Assembly (NCBI GenBank): GCA_038231455.1
Contig: JBBRLI010000001.1
Coordinates: 320,001 to 384,000, forward strand
Length of the DNA stretch: 64,000 nt
Source of the DNA: Vulcanimicrobiales bacterium
GTDB lineage: Bacteria; Vulcanimicrobiota; Vulcanimicrobiia; Vulcanimicrobiales; Vulcanimicrobiaceae
Reading direction: 5' to 3'
Below, one piece after another: positions 19,637-29,341 of the stretch. Made by a program: the position numbers and the translations under genes. The notes under the pieces are model-generated. The model did not search any database. It was not told where the DNA came from and saw nothing but the letters and a program-made list of their open reading frames with translations. Positions within the stretch are counted from its first letter, which is position 1; the number at the start of each line of letters is the position of its first letter.

Positions 19637-19727
19637 TTCAAGACCTTACGCGTCGCACCAACGAACCCTGCGCTCGCCTATTTCAATCCTGTTACAGAGC
19701 GCTCAAGAAGGCGTTTTGTGCGCGGGA

Positions 19728-20957
19728 TCACGCTGTCCAGGAAAGCATCGACTCCCATTCGGTTTTCGGAAAACGCGTTTTGGTTTTGATCGCCTCAAGA
19801 TACTTGCGTTTTCCAGCGCGGTTGCCTTTGCCGAGCAAGAGGCCGCCAACGAGCCGGTCTTCGCGGAAAAACAATGCACGATAGTGCTTGAGCTCGTGAT
19901 CGAAATTCCTCACCATCTCCAGATCGTTCCGGTATTCCGGTGAGAGGCCGAACTGCGTAATCGTCTGATCGGTGAAGAGCTTTGATGAGTACTCGGGGAT
20001 ATCGTGATAGCGCTCGTCCCCGCCGGCCATGTTGATCGCGGCGACTTTCCCGTGCGCGCCCGCGTTGTTCCAGGTGCCCATTCGGTAATGCATCTCGGCG
20101 ATCGGATCGTAGAACTCTGCCGCATCGCCGGCCGCGAAAATGCCTTTGATCGACGTCTCCAGGCGATCGTCGCACTGAATCCCGGTCTTGACGCCGATGC
20201 CGGTTCCCGCGACGAGTTCCGTATTAATCGTAAGACCAAGACCGATGCCGACAAGATCGGTGTCGAGCGTGAGTCCGCTCTTGGTGATGACTTTAGTGAC
20301 CGCACCGTTAGAACGCACGAACTCCGCAATCTCTTCGTTGTAATGTAAGTGTGCGCCATCTTTACGCGCCGCTTCGTTGACATACTCGCCCGATATTTCA
20401 TCGAGCATGCGGCGCAGAAAGCGCGGACCGCGCTGGATCCAGTGCGTCTCGACACCGCGTGCGACGAAGGCTTCGGCAAGTTCGTAGGCGATGAACGATC
20501 CGCCGATCGACACGGCGGATTTTGCCGTTTCAAGCTGCTGCGAGATCGCCTTGGTATCGTCCATATACTGAAAGTTGTAAACGTTATGCGCGCCCTCGGC
20601 TCCGGGTGCATCCGATGCGTTCGGACGGCCGCCGGTCGCCACGAGCAACGCGTCGTACGGATACGAGACTCCGTTTGCGATCACGATTTTTTCTTCGGGG
20701 ACGATCTTCTCCACGCGCGTGCGCAGGTGAAGGTCGATCTGGTGTTTGTCGTGCCAGGCCTGATCGCGGATGATGACCTTCTGCTCGGTCACCTGTTTAC
20801 GGAGCATCGGGGGAAGCGCGATGCGGTTGTAGAGCGGGTAGGCTTCATCCGTGAAGAGCGCAATCGAACACGAAGCATCAAGCTTGCGCAGACCTTCCGC
20901 GCAGGTGGTTCCCGCGAAACCGTTCCCGATGATGACGTAGCGCCGCTGATCGTGCAA
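19728..20957 (-). CDS. NAD(P)/FAD-dependent oxidoreductase (ferredoxin/rubredoxin reductase-like)
   Basis: VIIGNGFAG, YDALLVATGG, IGGSFIAYE, IFAAGD. TTG start. Confidence 0.85.
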   Translation of the reverse strand: MHDQRRYVIIGNGFAGTTCAEGLRKLDASCSIALFTDEAYPLYNRIALPPMLRKQVTEQKVIIRDQAWHDKHQIDLHLRTRVEKIVPEEKIVIANGVSYPYDALLVATGGRPNASDAPGAEGAHNVYNFQYMDDTKAISQQLETAKSAVSIGGSFIAYELAEAFVARGVETHWIQRGPRFLRRMLDEISGEYVNEAARKDGAHLHYNEEIAEFVRSNGAVTKVITKSGLTLDTDLVGIGLGLTINTELVAGTGIGVKTGIQCDDRLETSIKGIFAAGDAAEFYDPIAEMHYRMGTWNNAGAHGKVAAINMAGGDERYHDIPEYSSKLFTDQTITQFGLSPEYRNDLEMVRNFDHELKHYRALFFREDRLVGGLLLGKGNRAGKRKYLEAIKTKTRFPKTEWESMLSWTA

Positions 20958-21054
20958 AAGAGCCCCCGCGATGAAGTGGATGTAAAACGTTAGACTTGAT
21001 GATAGCGGCTTCCGCCGCCCGGTGGTACGATAGAAGCGTCATGGAGGATGAACC

Positions 21055-21393
21055 GTGCGTCAGCGTCTCGTTCGGCTAGCGGCCTCGTTCATTGGCGGTT
21101 CGAGCGATTACACGCTCGCGCGGCTGGAATTCGGCATAAAATTCCCCGCCCACCTCATGCCGCCTACGCTCACTCGTCTGCCCGATGCCTCCGAGGAGGC
21201 CCTACGCGCCCGGTGGGATACCATCGAGAGCGAGGTCGAGGGCATCCTTGCCTTCGTGAAACGGACCGACGAGGAACCCGGTACTACGGTGCGATCGGAT
21301 TCCGCGTATCTCTGGCTCAAACGAACCGCCCGTGAACTCGATCAGTATGCTCGGGCCCTGCGCTGGGTCCTTACGGTTTCCGAACGCGGCTGA
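21055..21393 (+). CDS. Hypothetical protein
   Basis: GGAGG SD 7 nt before the GTG; extended -10-like tggtacgat upstream; fills the gap between genes. Confidence 0.65.
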   Translation: MRQRLVRLAASFIGGSSDYTLARLEFGIKFPAHLMPPTLTRLPDASEEALRARWDTIESEVEGILAFVKRTDEEPGTTVRSDSAYLWLKRTARELDQYARALRWVLTVSERG

Positions 21394-21413
21394 GCCGCAA
21401 GAAAGGCCCCTTA

Positions 21414-21791
21414 ATGAACCCCAACGACATCATCGAAAAGGCCCTCTCGCAAGCCCGCGAGATGCAGAAAACGGTGGCTGCCGCTGTCGATCAGGCGAGC
21501 ACCAACATGAAACCGATGCTCGAAGAATCGCTCAAGAACGGCAAAGAATTGCAAGAATCGCTCGGCAAATACGCAGCCGAAGCCGGTGAAGTCGCCCAGA
21601 AACAAACCGAGAGCGCGATGGGTCATCTGCAAGAGTTCATGCGCATCGGCGGCGAGGCGATGAAATCGTCCGGCGAAATCGCGCAGAAGCAGGCGCAAGC
21701 GCTGCTCGAACAGTCGAAGAAAACGATTGAATCGGCGACCGCCGCTATGGGGAAGAAACCCGAAGATCTGCACGAGGATCAGCCGCACTAA
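21414..21791 (+). CDS. Hypothetical amphipathic coiled-coil protein
   Basis: GAAAGG SD; A/E/K/Q-rich helical sequence; strong coding-like codon usage. Confidence 0.8.
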   Translation: MNPNDIIEKALSQAREMQKTVAAAVDQASTNMKPMLEESLKNGKELQESLGKYAAEAGEVAQKQTESAMGHLQEFMRIGGEAMKSSGEIAQKQAQALLEQSKKTIESATAAMGKKPEDLHEDQPH

Positions 21792-24700
21792 GCGCTATCG
21801 CCTCGCTGCGCATTGGCGCGCAGTAGCGGACGGTGGCAAGCGTGGTTGCCCAATCGGCTAGGAGCGCAGCGACGCGTTCCGAGCCCGTCGCACGATGGTG
21901 ACGTTCCAAGAGCCCGCGGAGAAGACTCGCCGCGGGTTCTTCTTCTTCGATCGGGCGGAAGCGCAGGTCAGTTGGCCCTAAGCGCTCCTGCCACGCACCC
22001 TCGGAAATCACGAAAAGCTCGCCGCCCGTCATCCCGCTTGCGATGTTGCGTCCGAGCGAACCGACGATCGCGACGGTGCCCGCCGTCATGTACTCGCATG
22101 CGTGATCGCCCGCGCCTTCGACGACGATCGAGGCGCCGCTGTTGCGCACCGCAAGGCGCTCGCCCGCAGCACCGGAGATGTAGCCGAACCCGCCACGCGC
22201 GCCGTAGAAGCACGCGTTGCCGATTGCCGGTTCGCCCGGTGCGCCGGGGCCGCGCACGACGATCGTGCCGCCCTCCATGCTCTTTCCAACGTAGTCGTTG
22301 GCATCACCGTCGAGTTCAAGCGTGAGGCCGCCGGTGAGGAACGCGCCGAAGCTCTGTCCGGCGGTACCGACGTAGCGGCGCGTTTGATCCCCGACCGATT
22401 CGCCCGCATTGCGCTGCGTGACGACGTCGTGGGCGAGACGCGCGCCGACTGCGCGGTCGGCGGGACCGATCGGCACCAGACGCGCGTTCACCGGAAAATC
22501 ATCGAGGTGCGGTTCGCGTTCGTCCGCGGTATCGACGAGCGTGCTGCGCTCGGGCAGGCGCAAAATTTCACTCAGGTCCACATTGCGATACCGCTCGTCG
22601 AGATCCGTGCGCGCGCGAACCAAGTCGCTTCGGCCGTGAACTTCATCGAGCGAGCGCGCGCCGAGCGCGGCAAGACGACGGCGTACGTCGCGCGCGACGA
22701 ACTCTAAGAAGGCAATTGCTTCTTCCGTCGTGCCTTTGAATTTTGCACGCAGCGCGGGATCTTGCGATGCAATGCCAACGGGGCACGTGTTCTTGTGGCA
22801 CTGACGTGCATAGATGCAGCCCAGCGCCACGAGGAGCGCACTGCCGAAGCCGTATTCATCGGCGCCGAGCATCGCAGCGAGCACGACGTCGCGGCCGGTT
22901 TTAAAACCGCCGTCAGCGCGCAGCTTCACGCGCGACCGCAAGCCGTTCGCTACGAGCGTATGGTGCGTTTCAACCAGACCCAGTTCCCACGGTAAGCCGA
23001 CACTTTTGATCGAGGCAAGCGGTGATGCGCCGGTGCCGCCATCGTGTCCGCTGATATGGATGACGTCGGCGCGGGCTTTGGCGACGCCGCTTGCGACGTG
23101 ACCGATGCCGGACTGACTCACCAGTTTTACCGCGATGCGCGCTTGCGGTCCGACGCGGCGCAAATCGTAGATCAGTTCGGCAAGGTCTTCGATCGAGTAA
23201 ATGTCGTGATGCGGCGGCGGCGAGATGAGCGGCTGACCGACGGCGGCGCCGCGCAGTTCGGCGATTTCTTCGGAGACTTTGAAGCCCGGAATTTGTCCGC
23301 CTTCGCCGGGCTTCGAGCCCTGCGCCATTTTGATCTCGATCTCATCGGCGCTCGCAAGATACGTCGCCCCGACCCCAAAGCGCGCTGAGGCGACTTGCTT
23401 GATTCGACTGCGCCCGCTCTCGGGCGTGCGGGCGTAGCGGTCGCGCTGCTCGCCGCCTTCGCCGGAATTGCTCTTTGCGCCAATGCGATTGGTCGCAAGC
23501 GCGATGACTTTATGCACTTCGGGTGCAAGCGCGCCAAGCGACATCGCGGCCGTGACGAATTTTGCCACGATCGCTGAGACCGGTTCGACGTCTTCGAGCG
23601 GAATCGGATCGCGCAGCGGCACGGCTTGGATCAAATCGCGCAGCGTGATCGGACCGCGTGCTTCCATTGCATCGGAGAGCTGCTCGAAGGCCTCGTAGTC
23701 GCCGTTCATTGCACTCGCACGCAGTTGCTTGATAACTTGCGGATCGAAGGTGTGGCGCACGCCTTCCCGGCGGAAGCGGAAGAGGCCGCGATCGGCGATC
23801 GGCTCGCCCGACTTTGCGGCGGAAAACCACGCGCGCAGATCGGCTTCGATGTCGTTGAAGCCGAGCGCGGGAACGTGCGCCTTCATCCCCGGGAAACAGC
23901 GCTCGACAACTTCGCGCGCAAGACCCAGTGATTCGAACGTTTGCGCACCGATATACGAGCGCAGCGTGCAGATGCCAAGCTTGGCGAGAATCTTGATCAG
24001 GCCCGTGCGCACGGTGCCGAGATACGCTTGCGCCGTGCCGTTCGATTCGGCAAGACGCAGCGCTAGCCACGGGGTGACGACGTTCGCTCCAGCTGCGATC
24101 ACGGTCGCGAGTGCGTGCGCATCGCGAGCGAAGCCGTCGGTTGCAGCGATCGAGGCTTGCATGCGCAGCCCGGCGCTCGTGAGCCGTTGGTGCACCGCGC
24201 CTGCGGCAAGCACCGCGGGGACCGATGCATCGAAGCCGCGATCGTCGAGCACGATGAACGTGCTGCCCGCCTTGACGGCATTTTCGGCTTCATCGCAGAT
24301 CGCGTGCAATTTTGCGGCGAGCGTCGCGCCGCCAAGTCCCAGATTGATCGAATGCTGCAGCATGCGATGATCGAAGCGCAACGAATCAAACGACACCTCA
24401 TCGAGGATCGCGCTCTCGAGCATGACGACGGTATCGGGCGCCGGAACATCGCCATTCGTTTCGCCCGAACCGACGAACGCGCGCATGTCGAAGACGAGGC
24501 CTTCGCGGAGCGGATCGATCGGCGGATTGGTGACTTGCGCGAAGCGCTGGCGCAGATAGGCGGCTATCGGCATGCGCCGATCGAGGAACGGTAGGGCCGC
24601 ATCATCGCCCATCGAGAGGACGGGCTCGCCATTACCGGCGGCAAGCACACCGATCACGTCTTTGACTTCGTCTTTGCTGAAACCAAAACGCGCAAGGTTT

Positions 24701-25992
24701 GCATCGAGGTCGCCTGATTGCGGCGCAGTCGCCGGTACGGGCATCTCGAACGCCCACGTCTTCACGACGGGACGGAAATCCGCGCGCTCGCGGCGCTCTT
24801 TGCGGAAAGCCTCGGGTTCGACGAGCTCACCGGAGGCAAAGCGGACGACGATGCGTTCGCCCGGGCCAAGACGTCCGCGTTTGACAATGCGATCCGAGCC
24901 GAAGTCGACGACGCCGGCCTCCGATGCGACGAGCACTTTGCCGTTTTCGGTGCGGCACCAGCGAAGCGGACGGAATCCGCTTCGGTCGAGTGCGGCACCG
25001 AGAATATCGCCTTCGGCGAAGATCATTGCGGCCGGACCGTCCCACGGTTCGACGGTGGGGATGTGGGCATCGTAATACGCTTTGAGCCGTTCGTCACGTG
25101 CATCGATTGCGGGCGCAAGCATGAGATCGACGGCGTCGTCGATCCGGTAGCCAGCACCGATCATCGCATCGACGGCGGTATCGAAATCGAGCGAATCCGA
25201 TGCGCCGCGGTGACCGACGATGCCGCGCGCGCGCATCCAGGCGCGGTTGCCGGTAATCGTATTGATCTCGCCGTTGTGCGCGACGTAATTAAACGGTTGT
25301 ACCAAACGCCACGACGGCGAAGTATTCGTCGAGAATCGCTGGTGGAAAACGGCGAATCGCGAGGTGAAGAGCGGATCGCGCAGGTCGGTCCAAAAGGCGC
25401 CGAGTTCGTTGGAACTCAGTAAGCCTTTATACACCACCGTCGTCGGTGAAGCGGAGACCAGCGTTCCGGTATCGCCGTTTTCGCGCAAAAGGCGCGTGAT
25501 GATGCGGCGCACCGAGCGCATGCGCTCGCGGACATTGCCCGGGCCCATGTCGATGAGGAGTTGTTGGGCCTGCGGAACGGTGCGGCGCGCGTGCTCGCCG
25601 AGGACCGCGGGTTCGAAGCCGGGCGTGCGCCAACGCAGCGGTGAGACGCCGGTGACGCGCACGGCCGCCTCGATCTGCGAACGCAAGTATCCCGCGTCTT
25701 CATCGTCGCGGGGCAAAAAGAGCGCGATTGCGGCAAGGTGCCGTTCGGGGACGCGAATGTTCGAGGCGGCAAGCTCGCGGATGAGCAAGTTGCGCGGCGT
25801 CTCGACGAGAATTCCCGCGCCGTCGCCCGTCCGGCCATCCGCGGCGCGCGCGCCACGGTGAACCATCGCGCCGACGGCATCGAGCGCAAGGCGCACCACG
25901 TCGTGAGACGCTTTGTTGGCCAGGTCGGCAAGAAAGCCGATCCCGCAGGCATCGTGTTCGCGTTCGCTCATCGGCCTATTACGGTAGGCCAT
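21745..25992 (-). CDS. gltB: Glutamate synthase large subunit
   Basis: HDACGIG N-terminal nucleophile, HQRFSTNT, AHNGEINT, EPWDGPA, IKMAQGSKPGEGGQ, 3Fe-4S CIYARQCHKNTC, GXGXG domain. Confidence 0.97.
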   Translation of the reverse strand: MAYRNRPMSEREHDACGIGFLADLANKASHDVVRLALDAVGAMVHRGARAADGRTGDGAGILVETPRNLLIRELAASNIRVPERHLAAIALFLPRDDEDAGYLRSQIEAAVRVTGVSPLRWRTPGFEPAVLGEHARRTVPQAQQLLIDMGPGNVRERMRSVRRIITRLLRENGDTGTLVSASPTTVVYKGLLSSNELGAFWTDLRDPLFTSRFAVFHQRFSTNTSPSWRLVQPFNYVAHNGEINTITGNRAWMRARGIVGHRGASDSLDFDTAVDAMIGAGYRIDDAVDLMLAPAIDARDERLKAYYDAHIPTVEPWDGPAAMIFAEGDILGAALDRSGFRPLRWCRTENGKVLVASEAGVVDFGSDRIVKRGRLGPGERIVVRFASGELVEPEAFRKERRERADFRPVVKTWAFEMPVPATAPQSGDLDANLARFGFSKDEVKDVIGVLAAGNGEPVLSMGDDAALPFLDRRMPIAAYLRQRFAQVTNPPIDPLREGLVFDMRAFVGSGETNGDVPAPDTVVMLESAILDEVSFDSLRFDHRMLQHSINLGLGGATLAAKLHAICDEAENAVKAGSTFIVLDDRGFDASVPAVLAAGAVHQRLTSAGLRMQASIAATDGFARDAHALATVIAAGANVVTPWLALRLAESNGTAQAYLGTVRTGLIKILAKLGICTLRSYIGAQTFESLGLAREVVERCFPGMKAHVPALGFNDIEADLRAWFSAAKSGEPIADRGLFRFRREGVRHTFDPQVIKQLRASAMNGDYEAFEQLSDAMEARGPITLRDLIQAVPLRDPIPLEDVEPVSAIVAKFVTAAMSLGALAPEVHKVIALATNRIGAKSNSGEGGEQRDRYARTPESGRSRIKQVASARFGVGATYLASADEIEIKMAQGSKPGEGGQIPGFKVSEEIAELRGAAVGQPLISPPPHHDIYSIEDLAELIYDLRRVGPQARIAVKLVSQSGIGHVASGVAKARADVIHISGHDGGTGASPLASIKSVGLPWELGLVETHHTLVANGLRSRVKLRADGGFKTGRDVVLAAMLGADEYGFGSALLVALGCIYARQCHKNTCPVGIASQDPALRAKFKGTTEEAIAFLEFVARDVRRRLAALGARSLDEVHGRSDLVRARTDLDERYRNVDLSEILRLPERSTLVDTADEREPHLDDFPVNARLVPIGPADRAVGARLAHDVVTQRNAGESVGDQTRRYVGTAGQSFGAFLTGGLTLELDGDANDYVGKSMEGGTIVVRGPGAPGEPAIGNACFYGARGGFGYISGAAGERLAVRNSGASIVVEGAGDHACEYMTAGTVAIVGSLGRNIASGMTGGELFVISEGAWQERLGPTDLRFRPIEEEEPAASLLRGLLERHHRATGSERVAALLADWATTLATVRYCAPMRSEAIALSAADPRADLRVSSP

Positions 25993-26035
25993 AAGAGACC
26001 CCCAGTCATTAGCCAATTGGCGAACAGGCCAGCTC

Positions 26036-27190
26036 TTAACCCCGCAGACCAAGTGCGACCATCATCGCATACCCCGTCTCGAGGCTCCGTTCGTCGAGGT
26101 CGAATTTCGCATTGTGGTGCGGGATACCGGTCGTCGGCCCCCCGCGCGATCCAACGATGAAGTACGCACCGGGCCGCTGCTCCATCATGAAGGACATGTC
26201 TTCGGCCCACATCACGATATCGTGCTCGATGACGTTTTCCGGCCCGATCGTGGTGCGACCAACCTCGCGCACGAGGTCGTTCATGACTTTCTCGTTGACG
26301 GTTGGCGGGTACGACCAGTGATAGTGCAAGTCGTACTCGACGCGCATCGCATCGGCGAGGCCTTTGATGATGCGCTCCATGCGCACGGGCATGCTCTTAC
26401 GCACCTCGGCATCGAACGAACGGACCGTTCCTTTTAAGTGCGCTTCGTCGGGAATGACGTTGAACGTCGTGCCCGAGGTAAACTGACCGACCGTGAACAC
26501 GGCGGGGTCCTTAGGCGCAACCTCGCGACTGACGATCGTTTGCAGCATGGTGATGAAATACGCGCCGGCGGCGATCGGATCGACCGAATTCTGCGGCATC
26601 GCGCCGTGCCCGCCTTTGCCGCGAATCGTGAGATCGAATTCATCGGCCGAGGCAAAGAACGCGCCGTCGCGCACACCGATCTTGCCCACGTCGAGTCCGC
26701 TGTAGAGATGAAGCGCAAACGTACGATCGACGTGCGGATTTTCAAGCGCCCCGTCTTCGATCATCAGCCGATTGCCGGCGTAGCCTTCTTCTCCCGGCTG
26801 AAAACAAAACACGAGCGTCCCGGGCACATCGTCTTTGCGCGCAGCGAGCGTTTTTGCAGCGGCGAGCAAGATCGAGACGTGACCATCATGCCCGCATGCG
26901 TGCATCGCCCCGAGCTTTTGCGACTTGTACGGCGCGTCGCCCGTCTCGGTAATCGGCAGCGCATCCATGTCGGCGCGCAGCAACGTTACAGGCCCCGGCT
27001 TTCCGCCAACAAGCGTCGCGAGAATTCCGGTCTTACCGATCTTCGTGCGTATGTTGTCGAACGGCAACTTTCGCAACTCCGCCTCGATATAGGCCGCCGT
27101 TTCAAACTCGACGAGCGAGAGCTCTGGTCGCTCGTGAAGATGGCGCCGAACACGAATGAGATCGTCAAGGATCGTCTGTTCGAGAATCAT
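26036..27190 (-). CDS. M20D family amidohydrolase
   Basis: RRHLHERPEL, LRADMDALP, MHACGHDGH, FQPGEEG, AEDMS. Confidence 0.92.
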   Translation of the reverse strand: MILEQTILDDLIRVRRHLHERPELSLVEFETAAYIEAELRKLPFDNIRTKIGKTGILATLVGGKPGPVTLLRADMDALPITETGDAPYKSQKLGAMHACGHDGHVSILLAAAKTLAARKDDVPGTLVFCFQPGEEGYAGNRLMIEDGALENPHVDRTFALHLYSGLDVGKIGVRDGAFFASADEFDLTIRGKGGHGAMPQNSVDPIAAGAYFITMLQTIVSREVAPKDPAVFTVGQFTSGTTFNVIPDEAHLKGTVRSFDAEVRKSMPVRMERIIKGLADAMRVEYDLHYHWSYPPTVNEKVMNDLVREVGRTTIGPENVIEHDIVMWAEDMSFMMEQRPGAYFIVGSRGGPTTGIPHHNAKFDLDERSLETGYAMMVALGLRG

Positions 27191-27341
27191 CGCCCCGATA
27201 TTCGCTCGCTACTACCGAAATTCCCGACCGAGACGGTTGCCCGGCCCCCTTCCCCCCGACACGTCAACCGAGCTCTCCTTAGAGGAGACGGCATCCCGCG
27301 AAGGCGATTTGAGCGGGCTGTGATTTCGGAGGATTCTACGT

Positions 27342-28367
27342 ATGGCTAAGGCGATGACGCAGGCGGGCAAGCTCGACCGACGCGGTCTCACCGACGAACA
27401 ACTCGTCGCCATGCTGCGCAACATGCTGCTGCAGCGTCAACTCGACAATCGCGGCTTTCAGCTCAACCGTCAAGGGAAGATCCCCTTTGCGCTGGGCAGC
27501 GAAGGCCACGAAGCGGCGCAAGCGGGTGCCGCCATGGCGTTCGTGCGCGGCAAAGATGTGCTGGCCCCGTACTACCGCGATCTGGGCCTGGTGCTCGGAT
27601 GCGGCTTCACGCCCCTCGAGATGCTCAACTCAATGTTCGCGCGCGCCGCGGACCGCTCGGGCGGCCGTCAGTTCCCCAACCACTACACTAATAAGGAGAT
27701 GGGGCTGCTCTCGATCAGCTCCATCATCGCCGCACACTGCCCGCACGCCGTCGGCGTTGCCTACGCGTTCAAGTATCGCAAGGAAGCCGGCCGCGCCGTC
27801 CTTTGCTGCACGGGAGAAGGCGCAACGAGTGAAGGCGAGTGGCATGAGTCGCTCAATTTTGCCGCCGTTCATAAACTGCCGGTGGTGTTCTTCGTTGAGA
27901 ACAACAACTACGCGATATCGACTCCCTCGACCATGCAAATGGGCGTGGAGCATGTGAGCGATAAAGCCTCCGGCTACGGCATGCCCGGCGTGCTCGTCGA
28001 TGGGTTCGATCCGATCGCGACCTATGCCGCGATAAAAGAAGCGATGGACCGCGCGCGTAACGGCGGCGGCCCGACGCTCGTCGAAGCGATGGTCTTCCGG
28101 TATCTTTCGCACTCAACCGACGATGATGACCGCACTTATCGCGACCGGACCGCGATCGAAGAAGCGCGCAAGAACGATCCCGTCCCGATGTTTGAAAAAC
28201 GCTTGCTCGATGCGGGCGTCGTTGATGAGGCCAAGATCAAGGCGCTCAAAGCCGACGTCTTGCGCGAAACCAACGAAGCAACCGACACCGCTGAGGCGTT
28301 CCCGCTTCCGGTCGCCGCCGATCTCTACAAAAATGTGTACGAAGGAGCCTTTGAGCCGTGGCAGTGA
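27342..28367 (+). CDS. bkdAA: Branched-chain 2-oxoacid dehydrogenase E1 alpha
   Basis: GKIPF, PYYRDL, SGGRQFPNH, TPP motif GEGATSEG...ENN, HSTDDD. Resembles Bacillus BkdAA; a PDH assignment is not fully excluded. Confidence 0.85.
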   Translation: MAKAMTQAGKLDRRGLTDEQLVAMLRNMLLQRQLDNRGFQLNRQGKIPFALGSEGHEAAQAGAAMAFVRGKDVLAPYYRDLGLVLGCGFTPLEMLNSMFARAADRSGGRQFPNHYTNKEMGLLSISSIIAAHCPHAVGVAYAFKYRKEAGRAVLCCTGEGATSEGEWHESLNFAAVHKLPVVFFVENNNYAISTPSTMQMGVEHVSDKASGYGMPGVLVDGFDPIATYAAIKEAMDRARNGGGPTLVEAMVFRYLSHSTDDDDRTYRDRTAIEEARKNDPVPMFEKRLLDAGVVDEAKIKALKADVLRETNEATDTAEAFPLPVAADLYKNVYEGAFEPWQ

Positions 28368-29341
28368 TGAACAATGTCGATGCCGTGCGTGAAACGCTGC
28401 ACGACGCGCTGATCAACGACGACCGCACGCTCATCATGGGCGAAGACGTCGGGGCGCGCGGCAACGTCTTTCTCATCACGAAAGGCTTTCTCGAAGAGTT
28501 CGGTCCCGAGCGCATCATCGATACGCCGCTCGCCGAGGCCTCGATCGTCGGCGTCGCCATCGGTATGGCGATGGAAGGCTTGCGTCCGATCGCCGAGATT
28601 CAATTTGCCGACTTTATCTATCCGGCGTTCAATCAGATCGTCGGCGAAGCGGCGAAAACGCGCTATCGTTCCAACGGCGACTACACGTGTCCGCTCGTCA
28701 TCCGCACGCCGTACGGCGGCGGCGTTCGCGGCGCGCTCTCGCACTCGGTTTCGATTGAAGCGCTCTTCTATCACGTACCGGGTTTGAAGATTCTTGCGCC
28801 TTCGACGCCCGCTGACATCAAAGGGCTCCTGACCGCGGCGATCGAGGATCCCGATCCGGTGCTCTTCCTCGAACATAAGAAAACGTATCGCTCGGTCAAA
28901 GGCGAGGTGCCCGAGGGGCACTACACGATCCCGATCGGCAAAGCGGACATCAAGAAGGCCGGCACGCACGCGACGGTCGTCTCCTACGGTTACAACGTCC
29001 ATCAAGCACTCGATGCCGCCCAGCGTCTCGAAAAGGACGGCTACTCGATCGAAGTGATCGACTTGCGTTCGATTCGGCCGATGGATCGCACGACAATTCT
29101 TGCAAGCGTCGGCAAAACGCGCAAACTCCTGATCATTCACGAAGACAATAAGTTTGGTGGGGTCGGTGCGGAGATTTCCGCAATGGTCGCCGAGGAAGCG
29201 TTCTTCGATTTGGACGCGCCGATCCGCCGGCTGTGCGGGCCCGACGTTCCGGCGATGGGCTACGCTCTTCCGCTCGAAGAAGAATTCATGATCTCGACCG
29301 ATCGCATGATGCGTGCGATGCGCGAACTCGCGGAGTTTTAG
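28358..29341 (+). CDS. bkdAB: 2-oxoacid dehydrogenase E1 beta
   Basis: GEDVG, DTPLAEASI, AEIQFADFI, LFLEHK, DLDAPIRR. Confidence 0.88.
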   Translation: MAVMNNVDAVRETLHDALINDDRTLIMGEDVGARGNVFLITKGFLEEFGPERIIDTPLAEASIVGVAIGMAMEGLRPIAEIQFADFIYPAFNQIVGEAAKTRYRSNGDYTCPLVIRTPYGGGVRGALSHSVSIEALFYHVPGLKILAPSTPADIKGLLTAAIEDPDPVLFLEHKKTYRSVKGEVPEGHYTIPIGKADIKKAGTHATVVSYGYNVHQALDAAQRLEKDGYSIEVIDLRSIRPMDRTTILASVGKTRKLLIIHEDNKFGGVGAEISAMVAEEAFFDLDAPIRRLCGPDVPAMGYALPLEEEFMISTDRMMRAMRELAEF

